From the NCBI GenBank assembly GCA_964016885.1, contig OZ024741.1, positions 131,316,001 to 131,380,000 on the forward strand: a stretch of 64,000 nucleotides of DNA, read 5' to 3'. Under the pieces are notes generated by a model. That model worked only from the letters and a program-made list of their open reading frames with translations. It searched no databases and was not told the origin of the DNA. Positions 15,001-30,000 of this stretch are shown one piece after another (the first letter of the stretch is position 1; every line of letters starts with the position of its first letter). Position numbers and translations under genes: made by a program. Source of the stretch: Eledone cirrhosa. Taxonomy: Eukaryota.

Positions 15001-18000
15001 CGTCATCGTTATATTTGTTATTGCCGTTGTTGTCGTTGTCATTATTGTTGTTGTTGTTGCTGTTGTCATTGTTATTGTTGTTATTGCCGTTGTTGTTGTT
15101 GTCGTTATTGTTGTTGTTGTTGTTGCTGTCGTCGTTGTTATTGTTGTTATTGCCGTTGTCGTCGTGTTATTGTTGTTATTGCCGTTGTTGTCGTTGTCAT
15201 TATTGTTGTTGTTGCTGTCGTCGTTGTTATTGGTATTATTGCTGTTGTTGTCGTTGTCATTATTGTTGTTGTTGCTGTCGCCGTTGTTATTGTTGTTATT
15301 GCCGTTGTTGTCGTTGTTATTATTGTTGTTGTTACAGTCGTCATTGTTACTGTTGTTATTGCCGTTGTTGTCGTTATCATTATTGTTGTTGTTGTTGTTG
15401 CTGTCAATCTTATTGTTGTTATTGCCGTTGTTGTCGTTGTTATTGTTGTTATTGCCGTTGTTGTCGTTGTCATTATTGTTGTTGTTGCTGTCGTCGTTGT
15501 TATTGTTATTGCCGTTGTTGTCGTTGTTATTGTTGTTATTGCCGTTGTTGTCGTTGTCATTATTGTTGTTGTTGCTGTCGTCGTTGTTATTGTTGTTATT
15601 GCCGTTGTTGTCATTGTCATTATTGTTGTTGTTGCTGTCATCATTGTTATCGTTGTTATTGCCGTTGTTGTCATTGTCATTATTGTTGTTGTTGCTGTCA
15701 TCATTGTTATTGTTGTTATTGCCGTTGTTGTCGTTGTCATTATTGTTGTTGTTGCTGTCGTCATTGTTATTGTTATTATTGCCGTTGTTGTCGTTGTCAT
15801 TATTGCTGTTGTTGTTTTCGTCATTGTTATTGTTGTTATTGCCGTTGTTGTCATTGTCATTATTGTTGTTGTTGCTGTCGTCATTGTTATTGTTGTAATT
15901 GCCATTGTTGTCGTTGTCATTATTGTTGTTGTTGCTGTCATCATTGTTATTGTTGTTATTGCCATTGTTGTCATTTTCATTATTGTTGTTGTTGCTGTCG
16001 TCATTGTTATTGTTGTTATTGCCATTGTTGTCGTTGTCATTATTGTTGTTGTTGCGGTCGTCATTGTTATTGTTGTTATTGCCGTTGTTGTCGTTGTCAT
16101 TATTGTTGTTGTTGTTGCTGTCGTCATTGTTATTCTTGTTATTGCCATTGTTGTCGTTGTCATTATTGTTGTTGTTGCTGTCATCATTGTTATTGTTGTT
16201 ATTGCCGTTGTTGTCGTTGTCATTATTGTTGTTGTTGCTGTCGTCATTGTTATCGTTGTTATTGCCGTTGTTGTCGTTGTCATTATTGTTGTTTTTGCTG
16301 TCATCGTTGTTATCGTTGTTATTGCCGTTGTTGTCGTTGTCATTATTGTTGTTGTTGCTGTCGTCATTGTTATTGTTGTTATTGCCGTTGTTGTCGTTGT
16401 CATTATTGTTGTTTTTGCTGTCATCGTTGTTATCGTTGTTATTGCCGTTGTTGTCGTTGTCATTATTGTTGTTGTTGCTGTCGTCATTGTTATTGTTGTT
16501 ATTGCCGTTGTTGTCGTTGTCATTATTGTTGTTGTTGTCGTCGTTGTTATTGTAGTTATTGCCGTTGTTGTCGTTGTCATTATTGTTGTTGTTGCTGTCG
16601 TCGTTATTATTGATGTTATTGCCGTTGTTGTCGTTGTCATTATTGTTGTTGTTGCTGTCGTCGTTGTTATTGTTGTTATTGCCGTTGTTGTCGTTGTCAT
16701 TATTGTTGTTGTTGTTGCTATCGTCATTGTTATTGTTGTTATTGCCGTTGTTTTCGTTGTCATTATTGTTGTTGTCGTTGTCATTATTGTTGTTGTTGCT
16801 GTCATCGTTGTTATTGTTGTTATTGCCGTTGTTGTCGTTGTCATTATTGTTGTTGTTGTTGCTATCGTCATTGTTATTGTTGTTATTGCCGTTGTTGTCG
16901 TTGTCATTATTGTTGTTGTCGTTGTCATTATTGTTGTTGTTGCTGTCATCGTTGTTATTATTGTTATTGCCGTTGTTGTCGTTGTCATTATTGTTGTTGT
17001 TGTTGTCGTTATTGTTGTTGTTGTTGCTCTCGTCATTGTTATTGTTGTTATTGCCGTTGTTGTCGTTGTCATTGTAGTTGTTGTTGCTGTCGCCATTGTT
17101 ATTGTTGTTATTGCCGTTGTTGTCGTTGTCATTATTGTTGTTGTTGCTGTCGTCGTTGTTATTGTTATTGCCGTTGTTGTCGTTGTTATTGTTGTTGTTG
17201 TATTTGTCGTCGTTGTTATTGTTGTTATTGCCGTTGTTGTCGTTGTCATTGTAGTTGTTGTTGCTGTCGCCATTGTTATTGTTGTTATTGCCGTTGTTGT
17301 CGTTGTCATTATTGTTGTTGTTGTTGCTGTCGTCATTGTTATTATTCTTATTGCCGTTGTTGTCGATGTCATTATTGTTGTTGTTGCTGTCGTCATTGTT
17401 ATTGTTGTTATTGCCGTTGTTGTCGTTGTCATTATTGTTGTTGTTGCTGTCGTCATTGTTATTGTTGTTATTGCCGTTGTTGTCGTTGTCATTATTGTTG
17501 TTGTTGCTGTCGTCATTGTTATTGTTGTTATTGCCGTTGTTGTCGTTGTCATTATTGTTGTTGTTGCTGTCGTCATTGTTATTGTTGTTATTGCCGTTGT
17601 TGTCGTTGTCATTATTGTTGTTGTTGCTGTCGTCATTGTTATTGTTGTTATTGCCGTTGTTGTCGTTGTCATTATTGTTGTTGTTGCTGTCGTCATTGTT
17701 ATTGTTGTTATTGCCGTTGTTGTCGTTGTCATTATTGTTGTTGTTGCTGTCGTCATTGTTATTGTTGTTATTGCCGTTGTTGTCGTTGTCATTATTGTTG
17801 TTGTTGTTGTCGTCATTGTTATTGTTGTTATTGCCGTTGTTGTCGTTGTCATTATTGTTGTTGTTGCTGTCGTCATTGTTATTGTTGTTATTACCGTTGT
17901 TGTCGTTGTCATTATTGTTGTTGTTGCTGTCGTCATTGTTATTGTTGTTATTGCCGTTGGTGTCGTTGTCATTATTGTTGTTGTTGTTGTCGTCATTGTT

Positions 18001-21000
18001 ATTGTTGTTATTGCCGTTGTTGTCGTTGTCATTATTGTTGTTGTTGCTGTCGTCATTGTTATTGTTGTTATTGCCGTTGTTGTCGTTGTCATTATTGTTG
18101 TTGTTGTTGCTGTCGTCATTGTTATTATTCTTATTGCCGTTGTTGTCGATGTCATTATTGTTGTTGTTGCTGTCGCGTTGTTATTGTTGTTATTGCCGTT
18201 GTTGTCGTTGTCATTATTGTTGTTGTTGCTGTCGTCATTGTTATTGTTGTTATTACCGTTGTTGTCGTTGTCATTATTGTTGTTGTTGCTGTCGTCGTTG
18301 TTATTTTTGTTATTGCCGTTGTTGTCGTTGTCATTATTGTTGTTGTTGTTGTTGCTGTCTTCGTTGTTATTGTTGTTATTGCCGTTGTTGTCGTTGTCAA
18401 TATTGTTGTTGTTGTTGCTGTCGTCATTGTTATTATTGTTATTCCCGTTGTTGTCGATGTCATTATTGTTGTTGTTGCTGTCGTCGTTGTTTTTGTTGTT
18501 ATTGCCGTTGTTGTCGTTGTCATTATTGTTGTTGTTGCTGTCGTTGTTGTTATTGTTGTTATTGCCGTTGTTGTCGTTGTCATTATTGTTGTTTTTGCTG
18601 TCGTCGTTGTTATCGTTGTTATTGCCGTTGTTGTCGTTGTCATTATTGTTGTTGTTGTTGTCGTCGTTGTTATTGTTGTTATTGCCGTTGTTGTCGTTGT
18701 CATTATTGTTGTTGTTGCTGTCGTCGTTGTTATTGTTGTTATTGCCGTTGTTGCCGTTGTCATTATTGTTGTTGTTGCTGTCGTCATTGTTATTGTTGTT
18801 ATTGCCGTTGTTGTCGTTGTCATTATTGTTGTTTTTGCTGTCGTCGTTGTTATCGTTGTTATTGCCGTTGTTGTCGTTGTCATTATTGTTGTTGTTGCTG
18901 TCGTCGTTGTTATTGTTGTTATTGCCGTTGTTGTGGTTGTCATTATTGTTGTTGTTGCTGTCGTCGTTGTTATTGTTGTTATTGCCGTTGTTGTCGTTGT
19001 CATTATTGTTGTTGTTTTTGTCGTCGTTGTTATTGTTGTTATTGCCGTTGTTGTCGTTGTCATTATTGTAGTTGTTGCTGTCGTCGTTGTTATTGTTGTT
19101 ATTGCCGTTGTTGTCGTTGTCATTATTGTCGTTGTTGCTGTCATCGTTGTTATTGTTGTTATTGCCGTTGTTTGTCGTTGTCATTATTGTTGTTGTTGCT
19201 GTCGTCGTTGTTATTGTTGTTATTGCCGTTGTTGTCGTTGTCATTATTGTTGTTGTTGCTGTCGTCGTTGTTATTGTTGTTATTGCCGTTGTTGTCGTTG
19301 TCATTATTGTTGTTGTTGCTGTCGTCGTTGTTATTGTTGTTATTGCCGTTGTTGTCGTTGTCATTATTGTCGTTGTTGCTGTCGTCGTTGTTATTGTTGT
19401 TATTGCCGTTGTTGTCGTTGTCATTATTGTTGTTGTTGCTGTCGTCGTTGTTATTGTTGTTATTGCCGTTGTTGTCGTTGTCATTATTGTTGTTGTTGCT
19501 GTCGTCGTTGTTATTGTTGTTATTGCCGTTGTTGTCGTTGTCATTATTGTTGTTGTTGCTGCCGTCGTTGTTATTGTTGTTGTTGCCGTTGTTGTCGTTG
19601 TCATTATTGTTGTTGTTGCTGTCGTCGTTGTTATTGTTGTTATTGCCGTTGTTGTCGTTGTCATTATTGTTGTTGTTGCTGTCGTCGTTGTTATTGTTAT
19701 TGCCGTTGTTGTCGTTGTTATTGTTGTTGTTGTATCTGTCGTCGTTGTTATTGTTGTTATTGCCGTTGTTGTCGTTGTCATTGTAGTTGTTGTTGCTGTC
19801 GTCGTTGTTATTGTTGTTATTGCCGTTGTTGTCGTTGTCATTATTGTTGTTGTTGCTGTCGTCATTGTTATTGTTGTTATTGCCGTTGTTGTCGTTGTCA
19901 TTATTGTTGTTGTTGGTGTCATCATTGTTATTGTTGTTATTGCCGTTTTTGTCGTTGTCATTATTGTTGTTGTTGCTGTCATCATTGTTATTGTTGTTAT
20001 TGTCGTTGTCATTATTGTTGTTGTTGCTGTCGTCACTGTTATTGTTGTTATTGCCGTTGTTGTCGTTGTCATTATTGTTGTTGTTGTTGCTGTCGTCATT
20101 GTTATTATTCTTATTGCCGTTGTTGTCGATGTCATTATTGTTGTTGTTGCTGTCGTCGTTGTTATTGTTGTTATTGCCGTTGTTGTCGTTGTCATTATTG
20201 TTGTTGTTGCTGTCGTCATTGTTATTGTTGTTATAGCCGTTGTTGTCGTTGTCATTATTGTTGTTGTTGCTCTCGTCGTTGTTATTTTTGTTATTGCCTT
20301 TGTTGTCGTTGTCATTATTGTTGTTGTTGTTGTTGCTGTCGTCGTTGTTATTGTTGTTATTGCCGTTGTTGTCATTGTCATTATTGTTGTTGTTGCTGTC
20401 GTCGTTGTTTTTGTTGTTATTGCCGTTGTTGTCGTTGACATTATTTTTGTTGTTGCTGTCGTCATTGTTATTGTTGTTATTGCCGTTGTTGTCGTTGTCA
20501 TTATTGTTGTTGTTGCTGTTGTCGTTGTTATTGTTGTTATTGCCGTTGTTGTCGTTGTCATTATTGTTGTTGTTGTTGCTGTCGTCGTTGTTAATGTTGT
20601 TATTGCCGTTGTTGTCGTTGTCACTATTGTTGTTGTTGCTGTCGTCATTGTTATTGTTGTTATTGCCGTTGTTGTCGTTGTCATTATTGTTGTTTTTGTT
20701 GCTGTCGTCATTGTTATTATTATTATTCCCGTTGTTGTCGTTGTCATTATTGTTGTTGCTGCTGTCGTCGTTGTTTTTGTCGTTATTGCCGTTGTTGTCG
20801 TTGTCATTATTGTTGTTTTTGCTGTCCTCGTTGTTATCGTTGTTATTGCCGTTGTTGTCGTTGTCATCATTGTTGTTGTTGCTGTAGTCGTTGTTATTGT
20901 TGTTATTGCCGTTGTTGTCGTTGTCATTATTGTTGTTGTTGCTCTCGTCATTGTTATTGTTGTTATTGCCGTTGTTGTCGTTGTCATTATTGTTGTTGTT

Positions 21001-24000
21001 GCTCTCGTCATTGTTATTGTTGTTATTGCCGTTGTTGTCGTTGTTATTATTGTTGTTGTTGCTGTCGTCATTGTTATTGTTGTTATTGACGTTGTCGTCG
21101 TTGTTATTGTTGTTATTGCCGTTGTTGTCGTTGTCATTATTGTTGTTGTTGCTGTCGTCGTTGTTATTGTTGTTATTGCCGTTGTTGTCGTTGTCATTAT
21201 TGTTGTTGTTGCTGTCGTCGTTGTTATTGTTGTTATTGCCGTTGTTGTCGTTGTCATTATTGTTGTTGTTGCTGTCGTCGTTGTTATTGTTGTTATTGCC
21301 GTTGTTGTCGTTGTTATTGTTGTTGTTGATGCTGTCGTCATTGTTATTGTTGTTATTGCAGTTGTTGTCGTTGTCATTATTGTTGTTGTTGCTGTCGTCA
21401 TTGTTATTGTTGTTATTACCGTTGTTGTCGTTGTCATTATTGTTGTTGTTGCTGTCGTCGTTGTTATTGTTGTTATTGCCGTTGTTGTCGTTGTCATTAT
21501 TGTTGTTGTTGCTGTCGTCGTTGTTATTGTTGTTATTGCCGTTGTTGTGGTTGTCATTATTGTTGTTGTTGCTGCCGTCGTTGTTATTGTTGTTGTTGCC
21601 GTTGTTGTCGTTGTCATTATTGTTGTTGTTGCTGTCGTCGTTGTTATTGTTGTTATTGCCGTTGTTGTCGTTGTCATTATTCTTGTTGTTGCTGTCGTCG
21701 TTGTTATTGTTGTTATTGCCGTTGTTGTCGTTGACATTGTAGTTGTTGTTGCTGTCGCCATTGTTATTGTTGTTATTGTCGTTGTCATTATTGTTGTTGT
21801 TGTTGTTGCTGTCGTCGTTGTTATTGTTGTTATTGCCGTTGTTGTCGTTGTCACTATTGTTGTTGTTGCTGTCGTCATTGTTATTGTTGTTATTGCCGTT
21901 GTTGTCGTTGTCAATATTGTTGTTGTTGTTGCTGTCGTCATTGTTATTATTGTTATTCCCGTTGTTGTCGATGTCATTATTGTTGTTGTTGCTGTCGTCG
22001 TTGTTTTTGTTGTTATTGCCGTTGTTGTCGTTGACATTATTTTTGTTGTTGCTGTCGTCATTGTTATTGTTGTTATTGCCGTTGTTGTCGTTGTCATTAT
22101 TGCTGTTGTTGCTGTTGTCGTTGTTATTGTTGTTATTGCCGTTGTTTTGTTGTCATTATTGTTGTTGTTGTTGCTGTCGTCGTTGTTAATGTTGTTATTG
22201 CCGTTGTTGTCGTTGTCACTATTGTTGTTGTTGCTGTCGTCATTGTTATTGTTGTTATTGCCGTTGTTGTCGTTGTCATTATTGTTGTTTTTGTTGCTGT
22301 CGTCATTGTTATTATTATTATTCCCGTTGTTGTCGTTGTCATTATTGTTGTTGCTGCTGTCATCGTTGTTTTTGTCGTTATTGCCGTTGTTGTCGTTGTC
22401 ATTATTGTTGTTGTTGTTGCTGTCGTCATTGTTATTGTTGTTATTGCCGTTGTTGTCGTTGTCACTATTGTTGTTTTTGCTGTCCTCGTTGTTATCGTTG
22501 TTATTGCCGTTGTTGTCGTTGTCATCATTGTTGTTGTTGCTGTAGTCGTTGTTATTGTTGTTATTGCCGTTGTTGTCGTTGTCATTATTTTTGTTGTTGC
22601 TGTCGTCATTGTTATTGTTGTTATTGCCGTTGTTATCGTTGTCATTATTGTTGTTGTTGCTGTCGTCGTTGTTATTGTTGTTATTGCCGTTGTTGTCGTT
22701 GTCATTATTGTTGTTGTTGCTGTCGTCATTGTTATTGTTGTTATTGCCGTTGTTGTCATTGTCATTATTGATGTTGTTGCTGTCGTCGTTGTTATTGTTG
22801 TTATTGCCGTTGTTGTCGTTGTCATTATTGTTGTTTTTGCTGTCGTCGTTGTTATCGTTGTTATTGCCGCTGTTGTCGTTGTCATTATTGTTGTTGTTGT
22901 TGTCGTCGTTGTTATTGTTGTTATTGCCGTTGTTGTCGTTGTCATTATTGTTGTTTTTGCTGTCGTCGTTGTTATCGTTGTTATTGCCGCTGTTGTCGTT
23001 GTCATTATTGTTGTTGTTGTTGTCGTCGTTGTTATTGTTGTTATTGCCGCTGTTGTCGTTGTCATTATTGTTGTTGTTGCTGTCGTCGTTGTTATTGTTG
23101 TTATTGCCGTTGTTGTCGTTGTCATTATTGTTGTTTTTGCTGTCGTCGTTGTTATCGTTGTTATTGCCGCTGTTGTCGTTGTCATTATTGTTGTTGTTGT
23201 TGTCGTCGTTGTTATTGTTGTTATTGCCGTTGTTGTCGTTGTCATTATTGTTGTTGTTGCTGTCGTCGATGTTATTGTTGTTATTGCCGTTGTTGTCGTT
23301 GTCATTATTGTTGTTGTTGCTGTCGTCATTGTTATTGTTGTTATTGCCGTTGTTGTCGTTGACATCATTTTTGTTGTTGCTCTCGTCATTGTTATTGTTG
23401 TTATTGCCGTTGTTGTCGTTGTCATTATTGTTGTTTTTGCTGTCGTCGTTGTTATCGTTGTTATTGCCGTTGTTGTCGTTGTCATTATTGTTGTTGTTGC
23501 TGTCGTCGTTGTTATTGTTGTTATTGCCGTTGTTGTCGTTGTCATTATTGTTGTTGTTAGTGTCGTCATTGTTATTGCTGTTATTGCCGTTGTTGTCGTT
23601 GTCATTATTGTTGTTGTTGTTGCTGTCGTCATTGTTATTATTGTTATTCCCGTTGTTGTCGATGTCATTATTGTTGTTGTTGCTGTCGTCGTTGTTATTG
23701 TTGTTATTGCCGTTGTTGTCGTTGTCATTATTGTTGTTGTTGCTCTCGTCATTGTTATTGTTGTTATTGCCGTTGTTGTCGTTGTCATTATTGTTGTTGT
23801 TGCTGTCGTCGTTGTTATTGTTGTTATTGCCGTTGTTGTCGTTGTCATTATTGTTGTTTTTGCTGTCGTCGTTGTTATCGTTGTTATTGCCGTTGTTGTC
23901 GTTGTCATTATTGTTGTTGTTGTTGTCGTCGTTGTTATTGTTGTTATTGCCGTTGTTGTCGTTGTCATTATTGTTGTTGTTGCTGTCGTCGTTGTTATTG

Positions 24001-27000
24001 TTGTTATTGCCGTTGTTGTCGTTGTCATTATTGTTGTTGTTGCGGTCGTCATTGTCATTGTTGTTATTGCCGTTGTTGTCGTTGACATTATTTTTGTTGT
24101 TGCTGTCGTCATTGTTATTGTTGTTATTACCGTTGTTGTCGTTGTCATTATTGTTGTTGTTGCTGTCGTCGTTGTTATTGTTGTTATTGCCGTTGTTGTC
24201 GTTGTCATTATTGTTGTTGTTGTTGTCGTTATTGTTGTTGTTGTTGCTGTCGTCATTGTTATTGTTGTTATTGCCGTTGTTGTCGTTGTCATTATTGTTG
24301 TTGTTGCTGTCGTCGTTCTTATTGTTGTTATTGCCGTTGTTGTCGTTGTTATTACTGTTGTTCTTGCTGTCATCGTTGTTATTGTTGTTATTGCCGTTGT
24401 TGTCGTTGTCATTATTGTTGTTGTTGTTGTCGTTATTGTTGTTGTTGTTGCTGTCGTCATTGTTATTGTTGTTATTGCCGTTGTTGTCGTTGTCATTATT
24501 GTTGTTGTTGCTGTCGTCGTTGTTATTGTTGTTATTGCCTTTGTTGTCGTTGTCATTATTGTTGTTGTTGCTGTCATCGTTGTTATTGTTGTTATTGCCG
24601 TTGTTGTCGTTGTCATTATTGTTGTTGTTGTTGTCGTTATTGTTGTTGCTGTCGTCATTGTTATTGTTGTTATTGCCGTTGTTGTCGTTGTCATTATTGT
24701 TGTTGTTGCTGTCGTCGTTCTTATTGTTATTGCCGTTGTTGTCGTTGTTATTGTTGTTGTTGTTGCTGCCGTCGTTGTTATTGTTGTTATTGCCGTTGTT
24801 GTCGTTGTCATTGTAGTTGTTGTTGCTGTCGTCATTGTTATTGTTGTTATTGCCGTTGTTGTCGTTGTCATTATTGTTGTTGTTGCTGTCGTCATTGTTA
24901 TTGTAGTTATTGCCGTTGTTGTCGTTGTCATTATTGTTGTCATTATTTTTGTTGTTGCTGTCGTCATTGTTATTGTTGTTATTGCCGTTGTTGTCGTTGT
25001 TATTGTTGTTATTGCCGTTGTTGTCGTTGTCATTATTGTTGTCATTATTTTTGTTGTTGCTGTCGTCATTGTTATTGTTGTTATTGCCGTTGTTGTCGTT
25101 GTCATTGTAGTTGTTGTTGCTGTCGTCATTGTTATTGTAGTTATTGCCGTTGTTGTCGTTGTCATTATTGTTGTCATTATTTTTGTTGTTGCTGTCGTCA
25201 TTGTTATTGTTGTTATTGCCGTTGTTGTCGTTGTTATTGTTGTTATTGCCGTTGTTGTCGTTGTCATTATTGTTGTTGTTGTTGCTGTCGTCATTGGTAT
25301 TGTTGTTATTGCCGTTGTTGTCGTTGTTATTATTGTTGTTGTTGCTGTCGTCATTGTTATTGTTGTTATTGCCGTTGTTGTCGTTGTCATTATTTTTGTT
25401 GTTGCTGTCATCGTTGTTATTGTTGTTATTGCCGTTGGTGTCGTTGTCATTATTCTTGTTGTTGTTGCTGTCGTCATTGTTATTGTTGTTATTGCCGTTG
25501 TTGTCGTTGTCATTATTGTTGTTGTTGCTGTCGTCGTTGTTATTGTTGTTATTGCCTTTGTTGTCGTTGTCATTATTGTTGCTGTTGCTTTCGTCATTGT
25601 TATTGTTGTTATTGCCGTTGTTGTCGTTGTCATTATTGTTGTTGTTGTTGCTGTCGTCATTGTTATTGTTGTTATTGCCATTATTGTCGTTGTCATTATT
25701 GTTGTTGTTGCTGTCGTCGTTGTTATTGTTGTTATTGCAGTTGTTGTCGTTGTCATTATTGTTGTTGTTGCTCTCGTCATTGTTATTGTTGTTATTGCCG
25801 TTGTTGTCGTTGTCATTATTGTTGTTGTTGCCCTCGTCATTGTTATTGTTGTTATTGCCGTTGTTGTCGTTGTTATTATTGTTGTTGTTGCTGTCGTCAT
25901 TGTTATTGTTGTTATTGCCGTTGTCGTCGTTGTTATTGTTGTTATTGCCGTTGTTGTCGTTGTCATTATTGTTGTTGTTGCTGTCGTCATTGTTATTGTT
26001 GTTATTGCCTTTGTTGTCGTTGTCATTATTGCTGTTGTTGCTGTCGTCGTTGTTATTGTTGTTATTGCCGTTGTTGTCGTTGTCATTATTGTTGTTGTTG
26101 CTGTCATCGTTGTTATTGTTGTTATTGCCGTTGGTGTCGTTGTCATTATTCTTGTTGTTGTTGCTGTCGTCATTGTTATTGTTGTTATTGCCGTTGTTGT
26201 CGTTGTCATTATTGTTGTTGTTGCTGTCGTCGTTGTTATTGTTGTTATTGCCGTTGTTGTCGTTGTCATTATTGTTGTTGTTGCTGTCGTCGTTGTTATT
26301 GTTGTTATTGCCGTTGTTGTCGTTGTCATTATTGTTGTTGTTGCTGTCGTCGTTGTCATTGTTGTTATTGCCGTTGTTGTCGTTGTCAATATTGTTGTTG
26401 TTGCTGTCGTCGTTGTTATTGTTGTTATTGCCGTTGTTGTCGTTGTCATTATTGTTGTTGTTGCTGTCGTCGTTGTTATTGTTATTGCCGTTGTTGTCGT
26501 TGTTATTGTTGTTGTTGTATCTGTCGTCGTTGTTATTGTTGTTATTGCCGTTGTTGTCGTTGTCATTGTAGTTGTTGTTGCTGTCGCCATTGTTATTGTT
26601 GTTATTGCCGTTGTTGTCGTTGTCATTATTGTTGTTGTTGCTGTCGTCGTTGTTATTGTTGTTATTGCCGTTGTTGTCGTTGTCATTATTGTTGTTGTTG
26701 CTGTCGTCGTTGTTATTGTTATTGCCGTTGTTGTCGTTGTTATTGTTGTTGTTGTATCTGTCGTCGTTGTTATTGTTGTTATTGCCGTTGTTGTCGTTGT
26801 CATTGTAGTTGTTGTTGCTGTCGCCATTGTTATTGTTGTTATTGCCGTTGTTGTCGTTGTCATTATTGTTGTTGTTGCTGTCGTCATTGTTATTGTTGTT
26901 ATTGCCGTTGTTGTCGTTGTCATTATTGTTGTTGTTGGTGTCATCATTGTTATTGTTGTTATTGCCGTTTTTGTCGTTGTCATTATTGTTGTTGTTGCTG

Positions 27001-30000
27001 TCATCATTGTTATTGTTGTTATTGTCGTTGTCATTATTGTTGTTGTTGCTGTCGTCACTGTTATTGTTGTTATTGCCGTTGTTGTCGTTGTCATTATTGT
27101 TGTTGTTGTTGCTGTCGTCATTGTTATTATTCTTATTGCCGTTGTTGTCGATGTCATTATTGTTGTTGTTGCTGTCGTCGTTGTTATTGTTGTTATTGCC
27201 GTTGTTGTCGTTGTCATTATTGTTGTTGTTGCTGTCGTCATTGTTATTGTTGTTATAGCCGTTGTTGTCGTTGTCATTATTGTTGTTGTTGCTCTCGTCG
27301 TTGTTATTTTTGTTATTGCCTTTGTTGTCGTTGTCATTATTGTTGTTGTTGTTGTTGCTGTCGTCGTTGTTATTGTTGTTATTGCCGTTGTTGTCGTTGT
27401 CACTATTGTTGTTGTTGCTGTCGTTATTGTTATTGTTGTTATTGCCGTTGTTGTCGTTGTCAATATTGTTGTTGTTGTTGCTGTCGTCATTGTTATTGTT
27501 GTTATTGCCGTTGTCGTCGTTGTTATTGTTGTTATTCCCGTTGTTGTCGACGTCATTATTGTTGTTGTTGCTGTCGTCGTTGTTTTTGTTGTTATTGCCG
27601 TTGTTGTCGTTGACATTATTTTTGTTGTTGCTGTCGTCATTGTTATTGTTGTTATTGCCGTTGTTGTCGTTGTCATTATTGTTGTTGTTGCTGTTGTCGT
27701 TGTTATTGTTGTTATTGCCGTTGTTGTCGTTGTCATTATTGTTGTTGTTGTTGCTGTCGTCGTTGTTAATGTTGTTATTGCCGTTGTTGTCGTTGTCACT
27801 ATTGTTGTTGTTGCTGTCGTCATTGTTATTGTTGTTATTGCCGTTGTTGTCGTTGTCATTATTGTTGTTTTTGTTGCTGTCGTCATTGTTATTATTATTA
27901 TTCCCGTTGTTGTCGTTGTCATTATTGTTGTTGCTGCTGTCGTCGTTGTTTTTGTCGTTATTGCCGTTGTTGTCGTTGTCATTATTGTTGTTTTTGCTGT
28001 CCTCGTTGTTATCGTTGTTATTGCCGTTGTTGTCGTTGTCATCATTGTTGTTGTTGCTGTAGTCGTTGTTATTGTTGTTATTGCCGTTGTTGTCGTTGTC
28101 ATTATTGTTGTTGTTGCTCTCGTCATTGTTATTGTTGTTATTGCCGTTGTTGTCGTTGTCATTATTGTTGTTGTTGCTCTCGTCATTGTTATTGTTGTTA
28201 TTGCCGTTGTTGTCGTTGTTATTATTGTTGTTGTTGCTGTCGTCATTGTTATTGTTGTTATTGACGTTGTCGTCGTTGTTATTGTTGTTATTGCCGTTGT
28301 TGTCGTTGTCATTATTGTTGTTGTTGCTGTCGTCGTTGTTATTGTTGTTATTGCCGTTGTTGTCGTTGTCATTATTGTTGTTGTTGCTGTCGTCGTTGTT
28401 ATTGTTGTTATTGCCGTTGTTGTCGTTGTCATTATTGTTGTTGTTGCTGTCGTCGTTGTTATTGTTGTTATTGCCGTTGTTGTCGTTGTTATTGTTGTTG
28501 TTGATGCTGTCGTCATTGTTATTGTTGTTATTGCAGTTGTTGTCGTTGTCATTATTGGTGTTGTTGCTGTCGTCGTTGTTATTGTTGTTATTGCCGTTGT
28601 TGTCGTTGTCATTATTGTTGTTGTTGCTGTCGTCGTTGTTATTGTTGTTATTGCCGTTGTTGTCGTTGTCATTATTGTTGTTGTTGCTGTCGTCGTTGTT
28701 ATTGTTGTTATTGCCGTTGTTGTCGTTGTCATTATTGTTGTTGTTGCTGTCGTCGTTGTTATTGTTGTTATTGCCGTTGTTGTCGTTGTCATTATTGTCG
28801 TTGTTGCTGTCGTCGTTGTTATTGTTGTTATTGCCGTTGCTGTCGTTGTCATTATTGTTGTTGTTGCTGTCGTCGTTGTTATTGTTGTTATTGCCGTTGT
28901 TGTCGTTGTCATTATTGTTGTTGTTGCTGTCGTCGTTGTTATTGTTGTTATTGCCGTTGTTGTGGTTGTCATTATTGTTGTTGTTGCTGCCGTCGTTGTT
29001 ATTGTTGTTGTTGCCGTTGTTGTCGTTGTCATTATTGTTGTTGTTGCTGTCGTCGTTGTTATTGTTGTTATTGCCGTTGTTGTCGTTGTCATTATTCTTG
29101 TTGTTGCTGTCGTCGTTGTTATTGTTGTTATTGCCGTTGTTGTCGTTGACATTGTAGTTGTTGTTGCTGTCGCCATTGTTATTGTTGTTATTGCCGTTTT
29201 TGTCGTTGTCATTATTGTTGTTGTTGCTGTCATCATTGTTATTGTTGTTATTGTCGTTGTCATTATTGTTGTTGTTGCTGTCGTCATTGTTATTATTGTT
29301 ATTGCCGTTGTTGTCGATGTCATTATTGTTGTTGTTGCTGTCGTCGTTGTTATTGTTGTTATTGCCGTTGTTGTCGTTGTCATTATTGTTGTTGTTGCTG
29401 TCGTCATTGTTATTGTTGTTATTGCCGTTGTTGTCGTTGTCATTATTGTTGTTGTTGCTGTCGTCGTTGTTATTTTTGTTATTGCCTTTGTTGTCGTTGT
29501 CATTATTGTTGTTGTTGTTGTTGCTGTCGTCGTTGTTATTGTTGTTATTGCCGTTGTTGTCGTTGTCACTATTGTTGTTGTTGCTGTCGTCATTGTTATT
29601 GTTGTTATTGCCGTTGTTGTCGTTGTCAATATTGTTGTTGTTGTTGCTGTCGTCATTGTTATTATTGTTATTCCCGTTGTTGTCGATGTCATTATTGTTG
29701 TTGTTGCTGTCGTCGTTGTTTTTGTTGTTATTGCCGTTGTTGTCGTTGACATTATTTTTGTTGTTGCTGTCGTCATTGTTATTGTTGTTATTGCCGTTGT
29801 TGTCGTTGTCATTATTGCTGTTGTTGCTGTTGTCGTTGTTATTGTTGTTATTGCCGTTGTTTTGTTGTCATTATTGTTGTTGTTGTTGCTGTCGTCGTTG
29901 TTAATGTTGTTATTGCCGTTGTTGTCGTTGTCACTATTGTTGTTGTTGCTGTCGTCATTGTTATTGTTGTTATTGCCGTTGTTGTCGTTGTCACTATTGT

